Shown here: in pieces, positions 50,899 through 52,086 of the stretch
Layout: each line of letters begins with the position of its first letter
Position numbering within the stretch: the first letter of the stretch is position 1
From: Chrysochloris asiatica
Lineage: Eukaryota
Length of the DNA: 52,086 nt
Reading direction: 5' to 3'
NCBI RefSeq assembly: GCF_000296735.1
Contig: NW_006409184.1
Span: 25,891-77,976 of the forward strand
The notes under the pieces: model-generated
Databases searched by the model: none
Told to the model about the DNA's origin: nothing
The model's input: only the letters and a program-made list of their open reading frames with translations
Translations under genes and position numbers: made by a program

Positions 50899-51939
50899 CT
50901 AGGCATAGACTAGTTAAGAGTTTCTACACTTTCTTTACGCTGGAGTTCAGCCTGTAATGGAAAAAAAAATCAGGATTTAAAAAATTTTGGAGCCTGGGAA
51001 TCATTCAGCAAGTTGCTGTAGCCACAATCCTGGTGGAACTAAGGTAAAATGGGTGGAGTTGTCAGCCTGTAGTCAGTTATGCGTGAATCCTGGCTATGTC
51101 ACTTGATAACTAGGGCATGGGGAGCCCTTCATCGGAGCCTCAGATGCCTCTAAGTTTGTAAAATGGAGCTAATGCCTGCCTTGATGCAATTCCAAGCATT
51201 AAGTAAGATCATGCATGTAAAATAAATGCAATACCTATTACAAAACTAGCTGATGTTTGAGCACTTTTCTGTAAAATAGGTACAGACGTACCTCAGAGGT
51301 GGTGCAGTTTCAATTCCAGATTATGCAATAAAAGAAATGTTGTATACAGTGAGTCACATGAAGTTTTTGTTTTCCCATTTGTGCAGTCGGGATGGCTAAG
51401 GTTGTGCGTGGTTTGGCAGTTAAGAGGTAATCATCTCCCATGATGAGATCTGATATAATGTAATATTCTCTGGATGAGAGCCGCTAGGAGCAGCCTGTCA
51501 GCTGAAAGGGAGTTTCCTCAGAGGTGTGGCCTGCTTCCAAGGTATGTGGACACTCTGGACAGAGTGTGGACACTCTGGCAAAGCTTACTTGCTTTTTTCT
51601 GGCTCTGAATCCTATATTTGGCTTGCCATCTGACCTTTGGTTCTCTTAATTTGAACCAATGCTCTGTCATACTGTCTGCTGACCCTGGAAGTTATTAGCA
51701 TCTGCAGCCTGTGAATCAGTACCCTGCCATCTTACCAGCCAACTTTGAATCCATTTGCCTCTTCAGCTGACAGCCTGCCTTCTCATGTGCTGATCTTGGG
51801 TTCATTAGTTCCTGCAGCTACGTTAGTCATGAGAAGCCTCCAGCCTGACATCTGACTCATGGAATTGGAACTTACCAGTCTCTATAACCGTGTGAACCAT
51901 TTCTTTGAGATAAATCTATGTGTCTATGGTGGTGATGGT

Positions 51940-52086
51940 GGTTATATGCTGTGGAGTTGATTCTGACTCATATCAACCATGTACAGGGTTTCTAAGGCTA
52001 TAAATCTTTATGGGAGCAGAGCGCCTCCTCTTTCTCCCACAGAACAGCTGGTAGTTTCAAACTGCTGACCTTGAGGTTAACAGGCC
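51940..52086 (-). mobile_element. AfroSINE copy (reverse orientation; truncated by the window end)
   Basis: Forward ...gttgattctgactcatatcaaccatgtacagggtttctaaggctataaatctttatgggagcagagcgcctcctctttctcccacagaacagctggtagtttcaaactgctgaccttgaggttaacaggcc. Confidence 0.8.

Overview
This window is mammalian nuclear DNA, not prokaryotic. It shows GT-AG introns, CpG-island promoters, AATAAA poly(A) signals, and about 30 copies of the tRNA-derived AfroSINE family. That SINE family places the sequence in an Afrotherian genome, such as elephant, manatee, hyrax or tenrec. The gene content is the ortholog of the human 16p11.2 core block, with orientation reversed relative to the human reference. Four genes are present: the last four coding exons of KCTD13 on + (the 5' BTB-domain exons lie upstream of the window), ASPHD1 on - as three coding exons, SEZ6L2 on + as 18 coding exons of about 923 aa, and CDIPT on + as six coding exons of 213 aa. 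KCTD13 and ASPHD1 are tail-to-tail, with opposite-strand poly(A) signals about 30 nt apart. ASPHD1 and SEZ6L2 are head-to-head across a roughly 1.7 kb CpG island that also contains an AfroSINE insertion and a 400 bp polypyrimidine tract. I worked out exon boundaries by hand from splice consensus, reading-frame continuity and recalled protein sequences, so coordinates should be read as +/- 3 nt. I found no CRISPR array, no standalone RNA gene and no evidence of a novel or undescribed biological system; this is an ordinary, well-conserved, gene-dense region. The observations worth a second look are structural: nested SINE insertions, a possibly mutated ASPHD1 start codon, the convergent 3' ends, and a GC-rich TATA-containing block upstream of CDIPT.
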